Positions 10,809 to 19,266 of a stretch of DNA of 64,000 bases are shown here, one piece after another; positions within the stretch are counted from its first letter, which is position 1; every line of letters starts with the position of its first letter. This DNA comes from an uncultured Alphaproteobacteria bacterium (GTDB lineage: Bacteria; Pseudomonadota; Alphaproteobacteria; JAJTHO01; G963706365), in NCBI GenBank assembly GCA_963706365.1, contig OY970150.1:1338788-1402787 (forward strand), read 5' to 3'. A model generated the notes under the pieces. The model was given only the letters and a program-made list of their open reading frames with translations, did not search any database and was not told the DNA's origin. The position numbers were made by a program, and so were the translations under genes.

Positions 10809-10885
10809 AACCCGATTAAGGGAGAAAAGATATTATATTACAATAAGTTGTTCATTTATATGCCAAAACACTATAATATGTTTGT

Positions 10886-11257
10886 ATGAAAACAGGAAGA
10901 TTAATAGACAACCCACAACTTAAAGAGGTTTTTGAAAATCTTGCACCTATAGCATTAGATTTATTATATGGAATTAGTGAGAACTCTGTCGAAATGACAG
11001 GTAAAAAGCTTTCAGTCTTATTGAACGAGAACCATGGAACTATGGATTCTAGTTCTACGTATCTTGATTTTGCCAAAACATTGTTTAATTCAAATCGCTG
11101 TGGAGATAAATTGATGACACGTGTTGAAGCACTGGACTCGCTTAATAAAGCATTTACAGAAGCAGATGAAAGTATTCATGGAAAATTAAAAGACAAAGTT
11201 TTTTCAGAGATATTTCAATACTATACAGCACAAAGAGACCCAGAAAGAGGTTTTTAA
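10886..11257 (+). CDS. Hypothetical protein (AT-rich orphan)
   Basis: 123-codon ORF in an AT-rich pocket between the Tn3 remnant and a palindromic repeat. TATAAT lies just upstream and there is no clear SD. No recognisable motifs. Confidence 0.4.
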   Translation: MKTGRLIDNPQLKEVFENLAPIALDLLYGISENSVEMTGKKLSVLLNENHGTMDSSSTYLDFAKTLFNSNRCGDKLMTRVEALDSLNKAFTEADESIHGKLKDKVFSEIFQYYTAQRDPERGF

Positions 11258-11264
11258 ACAGATA

Positions 11265-11389
11265 TAGTGTTTCCAAAATAAATCCGTGTGGAGGCGAGAG
11301 CAAGTAAAATTGAGCGCAGTGTATTCTTCATACATAAGCGAAATTTTTCGCCGCTTGCAGACCTTCACGGTTTTATTTTGAAAGCATTA
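11265..11389 (-). repeat. Family-1 palindromic repeat, copy A (inverted relative to B and C)
   Basis: The reverse complement aligns almost base for base with 44061-44189 and 55532-55656. Termini TAGTGTTTCCAAAATAAATCCGTG / CACGGTTTTATTTTGAAAGCATTA are inverted repeats. Confidence 0.85.
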
Positions 11390-11442
11390 GAGCTTACCCA
11401 TGAGCAGGGTAGGTTTAACAGATTTCTCTGCTTAAGTTAAAG

Positions 11443-14115
11443 TCACCATATTTTACTTGAATATATCCCCGCTTGTGCAGCGGCCAGCCTTGCAATAGGC
11501 ACACGATAGGGGGAGCAGCTGACGTAGTCCATACCGATGCGCCCGCAGTAATGGATAGAAGCGGGGTCGCCGCCATGTTCGCCACAGATACCGATTTTTA
11601 TTTCCGGGTTGGTTTTGCGTCCACGTTGAATAGCAATTTCTATTAACTCCCCAACACCATTTTGGTCTAGGGATACAAAAGGATCATAAGGCAACAAGCC
11701 TTCAGCAATATAGGTTTGCAAGAAGCTGGAAGAATCATCACGACTAAGGCCAAAGGTTGTTTGAGTTAAATCGTTGCTACCTACGCTAAAAAAAGCCGCA
11801 TGTTGGGCAATATCGCCGGCTCGCAAGGCAGCACGTGGCAGCTCGATCATTGTGCCCACTAAATACGGGAATTCCTGACCTTTTTCTGCTTGAACCTTTT
11901 TTGCTTCTTGATGCACCAGTTTGGCCATGGCCTGCATTTCATGATTTGTAGCGATTAACGGAATCATGATTTGTGGAATAACCATTTCACTGGTTTGCTG
12001 TTGTGATTCTAGTTGTGCATAGAAAATAGCACGCACCTGCATACGATATATTTCAGGGTAAGAAACACCCAGCCGACAACCACGATGCCCTAGCATAGGA
12101 TTGGTTTCCGTTAGCTGGCGGATACGCTTGTTTAGCGTTTGCATATCAATATCGCTGGCATCTACCAGTTGCTGACGTTCTTTTTCCGTATGGGGTAGGA
12201 ATTCATGTAAAGGCGGGTCTAGCAGGCGAATCATAACGGGCAGGCCGCGCATGATATCGAAAAGTTTGATAAAATCTTCCTGCTGCATTGGCATTAGGCG
12301 ATTAATGGCTTCTTGGCGCGAGGCATTATCGTTGGCTACGATCATTTGCCTAACGGCCAGAATACGGCTTTCCTCAAAAAACATATGTTCGGTGCGGCAA
12401 AGCCCGATACCTTCTGCTCCAAAGCGGCGGGCTACCTTGGCATCCTGAGCTGTTTCGGCATTTGCAAAAACCTTGAGTTTACGAAAGCTGTCAGCCCATT
12501 CCATAATTTGCTGAAATTCCGGGGAGGTTTTAGCTTCTATAGTGGGCACGGCATCTTCAAAAACTTCACCAGAACTACCATTGATCGTAATTTTTTCGCC
12601 CGCTTTATAAGTGCGCCCACCCACTGAAAAGCTTTGAGACTTGTAATCTATATTAATTTTTCCTGCCCCCGCAATACAGGGTCTTCCCATACCGCGGGCA
12701 ACAACGGCTGCATGGCTGGTCATACCGCCACGACTGGTTAAAATACCTTTGGCTGCATGCATACCATGAATATCCTCTGGGCTGGTTTCATCGCGCACCA
12801 GAATAACGGCAATACCTTTTTTGGCTTTGGATTCTGCTTCATTGGCTGTGAAAACAATTTCGCCGCTGGCTGCCCCAGGGGACGCGGGTAAACCGCGGGA
12901 AATTAGTACGGTTTTTGCTGTCGGGTCTAGCATGGGGTGCAATAGTTGATCCAAACCACTGGCATCAATACGGCAAACTGCTGCTTGTTTATCAATTAAG
13001 CCTTCATGCACCATGTCGGTTGCAATTTTAACACTAGCGGCGGTGGTGCGTTTACCGGCACGCGCCTGTAAAATCCATAGCTTACCTTCCTGCACTGTGA
13101 ATTCCACATCTTGCATGTCTTTAAAGTATTGTTCCAGGTTTTCACACGTTTGCCGTAATTCCTGAAAAACTTCTGGCATATACTCTTCCAAAGAGGGCGC
13201 AGCATTGCCCATCCTTTCGGATTCTATACCGGTTAGCGTGTGGGGTGTTCGAATACCTGCCACCACATCTTCGCCCTGGGCATTGGGTAAAAATTCGCCA
13301 TATAACAGGTTTTCACCGGTGGAAGGATTGCGGGTAAAGACCACGCCTGTTGCCGATGTTTCTCCGCGATTGCCAAAAACCATGCTTTGCACCGTAACCG
13401 CGGTGCCAATATCATGCAGAATACTGTTTAACATGCGGTATGTTCGGGCGCGCTGATTGCCCCAGCTGTCTAGCACAGCAAGAATTGCTTTCCATAATTG
13501 TTCTTGTGCGTCTTGCGGAAAGGGAATATTTTCTTCTTCCAGTAGTTTTTTATACTGGTTAATAATGTGTTTCAGATCAGCAACTGTTAGTTCTGTATCC
13601 AGATTATAACCTTTGTCATCTTTATGCCATTGTAGAACATCTTCAAATTTATGGTGTTCAACACCTAAAACAACGTTGGCAAACATTTGAATAAAGCGGC
13701 GATAACTGTCTAAAGCAAACCGTTCATTATTGGTTTTTTTTGCCAACCCTTGTACTGTTTTGTCGTTTAACCCCAAGTTTAAAACGGTATCCATCATGCC
13801 TGGCATAGAAAATTTTGCACCGGATCGCACTGAAACCAATAACGGGTTTTCTGTGTCACCAAATTTCATACCTGTTTCTGTTTCAACATTTTTCAAGGCT
13901 GCGGCTACTTGCTCTTCCAGTATTTCAGGTATTTGTTTTTCCTGCTGATAATAACGGCGGCAGACATCTGTTTTAATAGTAAAGCCGGGGGGAACAGGCA
14001 AGCCTAACCCGCTCATGACCGCAAGTCCCATTCCTTTACCGCCTAAAGATGCTTTCAGGGGCTCTGATTCTGTTATCCTGCCAGAAGATTCAGAGAAAAC
14101 ATGAATATAATCCAT
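11443..14115 (-). CDS. ppdK: Pyruvate, phosphate dikinase
   Basis: 890 aa. Phosphohistidine region GGMTSHAAVVARGMG and PEP-utilising C-terminal motif GICGEHGGDP. Confidence 0.96.
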   Translation of the reverse strand: MDYIHVFSESSGRITESEPLKASLGGKGMGLAVMSGLGLPVPPGFTIKTDVCRRYYQQEKQIPEILEEQVAAALKNVETETGMKFGDTENPLLVSVRSGAKFSMPGMMDTVLNLGLNDKTVQGLAKKTNNERFALDSYRRFIQMFANVVLGVEHHKFEDVLQWHKDDKGYNLDTELTVADLKHIINQYKKLLEEENIPFPQDAQEQLWKAILAVLDSWGNQRARTYRMLNSILHDIGTAVTVQSMVFGNRGETSATGVVFTRNPSTGENLLYGEFLPNAQGEDVVAGIRTPHTLTGIESERMGNAAPSLEEYMPEVFQELRQTCENLEQYFKDMQDVEFTVQEGKLWILQARAGKRTTAASVKIATDMVHEGLIDKQAAVCRIDASGLDQLLHPMLDPTAKTVLISRGLPASPGAASGEIVFTANEAESKAKKGIAVILVRDETSPEDIHGMHAAKGILTSRGGMTSHAAVVARGMGRPCIAGAGKINIDYKSQSFSVGGRTYKAGEKITINGSSGEVFEDAVPTIEAKTSPEFQQIMEWADSFRKLKVFANAETAQDAKVARRFGAEGIGLCRTEHMFFEESRILAVRQMIVANDNASRQEAINRLMPMQQEDFIKLFDIMRGLPVMIRLLDPPLHEFLPHTEKERQQLVDASDIDMQTLNKRIRQLTETNPMLGHRGCRLGVSYPEIYRMQVRAIFYAQLESQQQTSEMVIPQIMIPLIATNHEMQAMAKLVHQEAKKVQAEKGQEFPYLVGTMIELPRAALRAGDIAQHAAFFSVGSNDLTQTTFGLSRDDSSSFLQTYIAEGLLPYDPFVSLDQNGVGELIEIAIQRGRKTNPEIKIGICGEHGGDPASIHYCGRIGMDYVSCSPYRVPIARLAAAQAGIYSSKIW

Positions 14116-14206
14116 TGCGACAGTACCTATTAATTCGTTGGGTGCTGCCTTATAGCATATAACTGGCTATAATACCTATAATTTTCGTATGCGTAGTACA
14201 CTAAAA

Positions 14207-14923
14207 CTAGGTAAAGTTAAAATGGTCTGTAGAAGGTTCCATGCCGGTTAAGTAAGGGCAGCTTGCATCAAATAGGGCACGCCGTCCAATGTGGGATTTT
14301 ATATTTTCATATAAAACAACAACGCCGTTTAATGTTGTATTAAAACGTTCAATGGCAATAATCTTACCGTTGTTTTTAAGCTGCTTTTTGTAAGAGGGCG
14401 GTAACTCAGTAATCGCACCATTGAATATAATAATATCAAAGGGGGATTTATCTGTTTCACCATTATTGAAATCTTGTTCAATAACTTGAGGTGACAACGA
14501 AAATTGCGCTAAATTTTTAAGTGCCTTTGCTGCAATTTCTGTGTCGGGCTCTATAACAAAAAGGTTTTCGGTCAGTATTGCTATTACCGCTGCTTCATAT
14601 CCTGTATTGAAGCCCACTAATAATGCGGCGTCATTTGGCTGAATATCAGAAAATTCCAGTATTCTGGCCAGAACCATAGGTTCCATGAGAAAACGGCTGT
14701 TTTCTACTAATATATCTTCATCTAAATAAGCACTTTGCTTTAGTGATGGTGGTAAGAAAGCTTCGCGCGGCAGATGAGACATTGCGGTGATAAGCTTTTC
14801 ATTATGCACCTTGTTTGTGCGTAATTGACCATTCACCATATTTAAACGTGCATTATTTTGCCCGGTTATATGCATGTTTGTCTGGTGTCTGGAGCCTTGT
14901 AAATTGGCAGAACCGATGTACAT
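14207..14923 (-). CDS. Protein-L-isoaspartate O-methyltransferase family protein (start uncertain)
   Basis: ..RLNMVNGQLRTNKV..LITAMSHLPREAFLP.. is typical of the alphaproteobacterial Pcm-like family. The alternative start at 14875 is equally plausible. Confidence 0.7.
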   Translation of the reverse strand: MYIGSANLQGSRHQTNMHITGQNNARLNMVNGQLRTNKVHNEKLITAMSHLPREAFLPPSLKQSAYLDEDILVENSRFLMEPMVLARILEFSDIQPNDAALLVGFNTGYEAAVIAILTENLFVIEPDTEIAAKALKNLAQFSLSPQVIEQDFNNGETDKSPFDIIIFNGAITELPPSYKKQLKNNGKIIAIERFNTTLNGVVVLYENIKSHIGRRALFDASCPYLTGMEPSTDHFNFT

Positions 14924-14949
14924 AGTCTATGCATACGCTATAATAACAA

Positions 14950-15783
14950 GTGATGCATCAGAATTTTTTACAAAAGCTCTTTGTTTTTGATATTGAGACA
15001 ATACCAGACGACCAGGTTGTAAAAGCCTTAACCGGTTGTGATAGCGATGATCTAACGGACAAAAGAGAAGCGTTAAGGCAGTATCATTTGTCCATAACAG
15101 ATGGCAAAAATGATTTTCCCCGGCAACCTTTTCATAAGGTTGTGGCGATTAGCTTTGTTGAAGCGGATATTATTAAGCAGGAGGGCTATGAATATTACGA
15201 GTTGCAAACGGTGCGCAGCGGGGGAACGCTGGAGAGCAGTGAGGCAGAACTTGTAGCCGGTATTTTTAAATACCTTGAGCATCATAAGCCACGGCTGGTT
15301 TCGTTTAATGGCCGAACGTTTGATTTGCCTGTATTAAAATACCGAGCCATGGTGCATGGCATATCAGCGCCTGTATTCTATAACGCAGGCGATAAATGGA
15401 ACAGCTATCAGTCACGCTATAGCCTGGATTGGCATTGCGATTTACTGGAAGCACTTTCTGATTTTGGTGCTTCGGCACGTTTGCGCCTGAACGAAGCTTG
15501 TGCCGCTTTTGGTTTTCCGGGCAAGCTGGCGACAGACGGCAGCGCGGTAATGGACTTATACGATAATGGAAAATTACAGGCGATTCGAGATTATTGCGAA
15601 ACTGACGTGTTGAACACTTGGCTTGTCTATCTTCGTTACCAATTACATTATGGTAAACTGAATGAAGAAGGGTATGCAAAAGCGATTCAACAGACGCAAA
15701 CTTTTTTAGCAGAAGCAGAGCAGCCGCATTTCAAAGAATTTTTGGATGCCTGGAATGATTGTAATAAAAAAGGCGATACATAA
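14950..15783 (+). CDS. Predicted 3'-5' exonuclease (PolB-exonuclease-like, RNase H fold)
   Basis: FDIETIPD Exo-I motif, ..FNGRTFDLPVL.. and ..YCETDVLNT.. Exo-II/III-like motifs. ATG at 14953 directly follows the GTG at 14950. Confidence 0.8.
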   Translation: MMHQNFLQKLFVFDIETIPDDQVVKALTGCDSDDLTDKREALRQYHLSITDGKNDFPRQPFHKVVAISFVEADIIKQEGYEYYELQTVRSGGTLESSEAELVAGIFKYLEHHKPRLVSFNGRTFDLPVLKYRAMVHGISAPVFYNAGDKWNSYQSRYSLDWHCDLLEALSDFGASARLRLNEACAAFGFPGKLATDGSAVMDLYDNGKLQAIRDYCETDVLNTWLVYLRYQLHYGKLNEEGYAKAIQQTQTFLAEAEQPHFKEFLDAWNDCNKKGDT

Positions 15784-15816
15784 CGTACCGCCCTTTTTAT
15801 TATCTTGGCAAAAAAA

Positions 15817-16119
15817 CTAGTTTGTTGCTGTAGATGTGCTTGTAGATGTGCTTTCGTCATCATTGTCGTCAGAAGCAGCAGCAGCGGCAACGCCGGCAAC
15901 AGCAGCAACACCAACACCAGCAGCAATAGCGCCAGCAGTAATGCCGCCAGTAGCAGCAGTTGTACCGGCAGTAGTACTACCAGCAGCAGCACCAGAACCA
16001 CTACCTTGTGAAGGAGATGTGTTCGTGCCAGGGTTGCTGCCACTTTGTGCGCTAACAGCCATTGGGCTAATGATTAAAGCAGCTGATAAAGCAGCAATAG
16101 AAAGTTGTTTAAGAAGCAT
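15817..16119 (-). CDS. Small secreted Gly/Ala/Thr/Ser-rich low-complexity protein
   Basis: Classical signal peptide MLLKQLSIAALSAALIISPMAVSAQS, with GGAG about 10 nt upstream of the ATG. Of four overlapping ORFs in this G+C-rich low-complexity patch, this is the only one with both signals. Confidence 0.55.
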   Translation of the reverse strand: MLLKQLSIAALSAALIISPMAVSAQSGSNPGTNTSPSQGSGSGAAAGSTTAGTTAATGGITAGAIAAGVGVAAVAGVAAAAASDDNDDESTSTSTSTATN

Positions 16120-16263
16120 ATTTGACTCCGTTTATTAGTTGTTGATCGATCAGCTTGCTACGCTAAATCTTTTTTGGAAAAGTACAAGTAAGAATCGTAT
16201 AAAATAGTAGCTTGGCTATCGCTGTACCCTTGAAGTCACAGCATTTGCTATTATAAAGCTTCT

Positions 16264-17229
16264 ATGTCAAAAAGTTGTGCGTTACTGGCCGATATCGGCG
16301 GAACCAATGTTCGTTTTCAAATTGTTCTGCCCGATGGAACAGCATTACCGTCACAGGTGTTAACCTGTGCGGACTTTGCAGAAATTGACGACGCTATTCG
16401 GGCTCATATAGACCATATAAAGCCTGATATTGCGCCCAAGTGTATGGTTTTGGCTGTAGCAGGGCCGCCAGAAGGTGAATTTATCCAATTCACCAACCAG
16501 ACCTGGAGTTTTTATAAACGTGATATCGTTGATCATTTTAATCTAGAGACGTTACGCGTTATTAATGATTTTACGGCGGTGGCACTGGCCGTGCCTGTAT
16601 TAGATAAAGAATGCTTCCAGCAAATTGGTGATGGTATACCTAATGAAGAAGCGCCTTATTCTGTATTAGGGCCGGGAACTGGTCTGGGGGTTTCTTCTGT
16701 CGTGCCTATACCAGGTATGCCAAATGCTGAACCCGTTATTCTGACTAACACAGAAGGGGGGCATTTTACCCTACCTCCTATGACAGAACGAGAAAGTGCG
16801 GTACTTTCTGTTTTGCGACGCCATTATAACCATGTTTCGGCTGAACGTGTTTTATCGGGGCCGGGTATTGTAAATATTTACGAATCTTTGTGTGAAATTG
16901 ATGGCGTTGATCCTATCTATGATCACCCTGCTGCTATCACAGAGGCTGCCCTAGAAAAGCACGAACATTTACCTGTTGTCGCACTAGAAATGTTTTGTGC
17001 ATTTTTAGGCACGGCGGCCAGTAATGTTTGTATTACTGTTTCTGCCTACGGGGGTGTTTATCTGGCGGGTGGTATATTACCACGATTGGGTAACTTCTTC
17101 CTACAATCCAAATTTCGTAAGCGGTTTGAAACCAAGGGGCGTTTCTCGCATTATCTGGAATCGACACCAACTTATATTATTACGCATAAATTACCGGCCA
17201 TGGAGGGTTTGAAGACGTTAATTGTATAA
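16264..17229 (+). CDS. glk: Glucokinase
   Basis: LLADIGGTNVRF ATP-binding motif, 321 aa, Glk-type layout. Confidence 0.88.
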   Translation: MSKSCALLADIGGTNVRFQIVLPDGTALPSQVLTCADFAEIDDAIRAHIDHIKPDIAPKCMVLAVAGPPEGEFIQFTNQTWSFYKRDIVDHFNLETLRVINDFTAVALAVPVLDKECFQQIGDGIPNEEAPYSVLGPGTGLGVSSVVPIPGMPNAEPVILTNTEGGHFTLPPMTERESAVLSVLRRHYNHVSAERVLSGPGIVNIYESLCEIDGVDPIYDHPAAITEAALEKHEHLPVVALEMFCAFLGTAASNVCITVSAYGGVYLAGGILPRLGNFFLQSKFRKRFETKGRFSHYLESTPTYIITHKLPAMEGLKTLIV

Positions 17230-17843
17230 TGCAAAACTGGCCAAAACAATTAATTGTAACGGGCACGGATACAGGAATTGGTAAAACAATTGTTGCTGCA
17301 TTATTGGCCAAAGCGCTAAATGCTACCTATTTCAAGCCTATCCAAACTGGGGACGATTGCGATAGTCAAACGGTTTCCACGTTAACTGGCTGTAGAATTA
17401 TAGAACCGGTTTATCGATTAAAAGCACCATTATCCCCCTTAGCGGCCATGCGTTTGGAAAATAAAGTTATAGACTTTGACAAGCTTCATATACCTGATGC
17501 CATCCCCCTAATTGTTGAAGGGGCAGGGGGCGTTATGGTGCCTATAACAGAGGATAAAATGATGCTGGATTTATTTCAGGATATAAATATTCCCATCGTT
17601 GTTGTTGCCAGGGGGCAGTTAGGAACACTGAACCATACGTTATTAACAGTGAATTGTTTACAAAAGGCCGGTTTATCTGTTCACGCGATCATTATTAGTG
17701 GAAAGCATTATGATAATAATGGACAGCTATTGCAGGAGTTAACAAATATACCGGTTTATCATCTGCCTAAATTGGCATTAAACAAGCCGTTTGATTCAGG
17801 ATGTGCCGCCCTGTTGCATCGAATTGATAAGATTAAGGCTTGA
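17229..17843 (+). CDS. bioD: Dethiobiotin synthase
   Basis: VTGTDTGIGKT P-loop and EGAGG motif. Its start overlaps the glk stop by 1 nt. Confidence 0.85.
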   Translation: MQNWPKQLIVTGTDTGIGKTIVAALLAKALNATYFKPIQTGDDCDSQTVSTLTGCRIIEPVYRLKAPLSPLAAMRLENKVIDFDKLHIPDAIPLIVEGAGGVMVPITEDKMMLDLFQDINIPIVVVARGQLGTLNHTLLTVNCLQKAGLSVHAIIISGKHYDNNGQLLQELTNIPVYHLPKLALNKPFDSGCAALLHRIDKIKA

Positions 17844-18740
17844 GGTTCCGAAATGCTTTTGATAGCGGCTGGTTAACTTTTCTGTTTTCAGAATAAGACA
17901 AATGTCAGTTGTATTAAATTGCCAGTCAATAACGGCACCATCGCCTACTTTACCACCAACCCTTAAATAGCCTTTTATTAAAGGGGGCAACGTTGATTTA
18001 ATGGCTTTTTCATCCATACCAGTTTTCCCAGTAGTATCCATTCTTACATAACGTTCCTCAATGGCACGCGGGCATAGCGTTTCGGAAGCTTGATGGTAAT
18101 GATGTAAATAAGACAATGCTGGCTGCAGGTTATCCACATCTGTGCCAGGCAAGCTGGCGCACCCAAATAATATTTCTATACCATAAGCGAAAACATAGTT
18201 GGCAATACCCTGCCAAAGTAATTGCATGGTAACCCCCGTGCGATAGTCAGCGGCAACACAAGAGCGGCCAAGTTCCAATATTTCGCCATCATACGCAATA
18301 ATACGGCTAATATCATATTCTGTTTGTGTGTAAAAACTACCGTGTTCCCTGGCGGCATTTCGGTTAACCAGCCGATAGGTACCAACAATCTTTTGTTCGC
18401 CATTCAAAACAATAAGATGCTGGCAATAGTTATCTAAACTATCTTGGTCTAGTTTATGAAGTAGTGCTTCGGAATCAGGCTTTGCCTGCATTTCCTCATA
18501 AAAAACGGCATAGCGTAGTTTTTGTGCTGCTAATACCTCTTCTTCGTTTTCCGCTAGTCGAAGGGTTAGTTCGCGCCCGGAAACAGCCAGATGCTGATTA
18601 AATTCCTTGGCGGCTTGCCACCGACAACCACTATTCCAGCGGGTGCGTTTTAAAGGCGAGTCTGGCTTAGTACTACTAAAATTTGAGGTAAGTTTTTTTA
18701 CCTGCTCATTATTTAGTATAGGGGAATAAACAGTAATCAT
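17796..18740 (-). CDS. GNAT-family N-acyltransferase, OlsB (ornithine-lipid) / hemolysin-like
   Basis: ..AQKLRYAVFYEEM.. and ..LELGRSCV.. are typical of lyso-ornithine-lipid N-acyltransferases. The start may be internal. The 3' end overlaps bioD by 48 nt. Confidence 0.7.
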   Translation of the reverse strand: MITVYSPILNNEQVKKLTSNFSSTKPDSPLKRTRWNSGCRWQAAKEFNQHLAVSGRELTLRLAENEEEVLAAQKLRYAVFYEEMQAKPDSEALLHKLDQDSLDNYCQHLIVLNGEQKIVGTYRLVNRNAAREHGSFYTQTEYDISRIIAYDGEILELGRSCVAADYRTGVTMQLLWQGIANYVFAYGIEILFGCASLPGTDVDNLQPALSYLHHYHQASETLCPRAIEERYVRMDTTGKTGMDEKAIKSTLPPLIKGYLRVGGKVGDGAVIDWQFNTTDICLILKTEKLTSRYQKHFGTSSLNLINSMQQGGTS

Positions 18741-18766
18741 AAGGTTGTGTTAAAGCAGCAGTATTA

Positions 18767-19219
18767 TTAGTCAGGTTGCTTTTTTTTGCCATAAAGTTCT
18801 AACCGATGGTCAACCAGTGTATACCCTAGCTTTTCAGCAATCAGTGCCTGCAACTTTTCAATTTCTTCATTGTGAAATTCAATAACATGGCCGGTATCAA
18901 TATCAATCAGATGATCATGATGCTCATCAGGAATTTCCTCATATCGGGCGCGGCCATCAGCAAATTCCAGCTTTTGCAAAATATTAGCTTCTTCTAATAA
19001 ACGTAATGTACGATAAATAGTAGCGATACTAATTTTAGGATCAATCGAAGCAGCACGTTCCAGAACCTGATTTACGTCAGGATGGTCTGTAGAATCAGAC
19101 AGCACCCGTGCAATAACACGACGCTGTTCTGTCATTTTCAAACCTGCTTCTACGCATAAGTTTTCCAGTTTAGAAGGCTTACTTTGATCGTCCTTTTTCA
19201 CAACTATATGCAAAGACAT
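18767..19219 (-). CDS. Fur-family transcriptional regulator (Fur/Mur/Irr-type, no C-terminal CxxC)
   Basis: Winged-helix ..ISIATIYRTLRLLEE.. and metal-site HHDHLIDIDTGHVIEF. Confidence 0.85.
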   Translation of the reverse strand: MSLHIVVKKDDQSKPSKLENLCVEAGLKMTEQRRVIARVLSDSTDHPDVNQVLERAASIDPKISIATIYRTLRLLEEANILQKLEFADGRARYEEIPDEHHDHLIDIDTGHVIEFHNEEIEKLQALIAEKLGYTLVDHRLELYGKKKQPD

Positions 19220-19266
19220 AGGATAATCTTATACACGTTTTGGCACACGCACAAGCCCTAGAGTTT

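Noticed and set aside
12251-13948. Several 60-104-aa ORFs on the plus strand inside ppdK (12251-12448, 12313-12627, 13205-13456, 13730-13948) and same-strand alternate-frame ORFs
   Set aside because: They are antisense or out of frame within a strongly conserved 890-aa gene. They have no start signals and a composition-driven appearance.
14207-14923. Possible degeneration of the SAM-binding motif in the Pcm-like protein (..ALLVGFNTGYEAAVIA.. instead of a GxGxG-type loop)
   Set aside because: I am not certain of the consensus for this alphaproteobacterial subfamily without an alignment, so it is not reported as a finding.
15687-16138. Three further ORFs over the G+C-rich low-complexity patch (15687-16043 minus, 15805-16011 plus, 15836-16138 plus)
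   Set aside because: They are poly-Leu, poly-Ser or poly-Ala artefacts of the repeat composition. Only the 15817-16119 minus ORF has an SD and a signal peptide.
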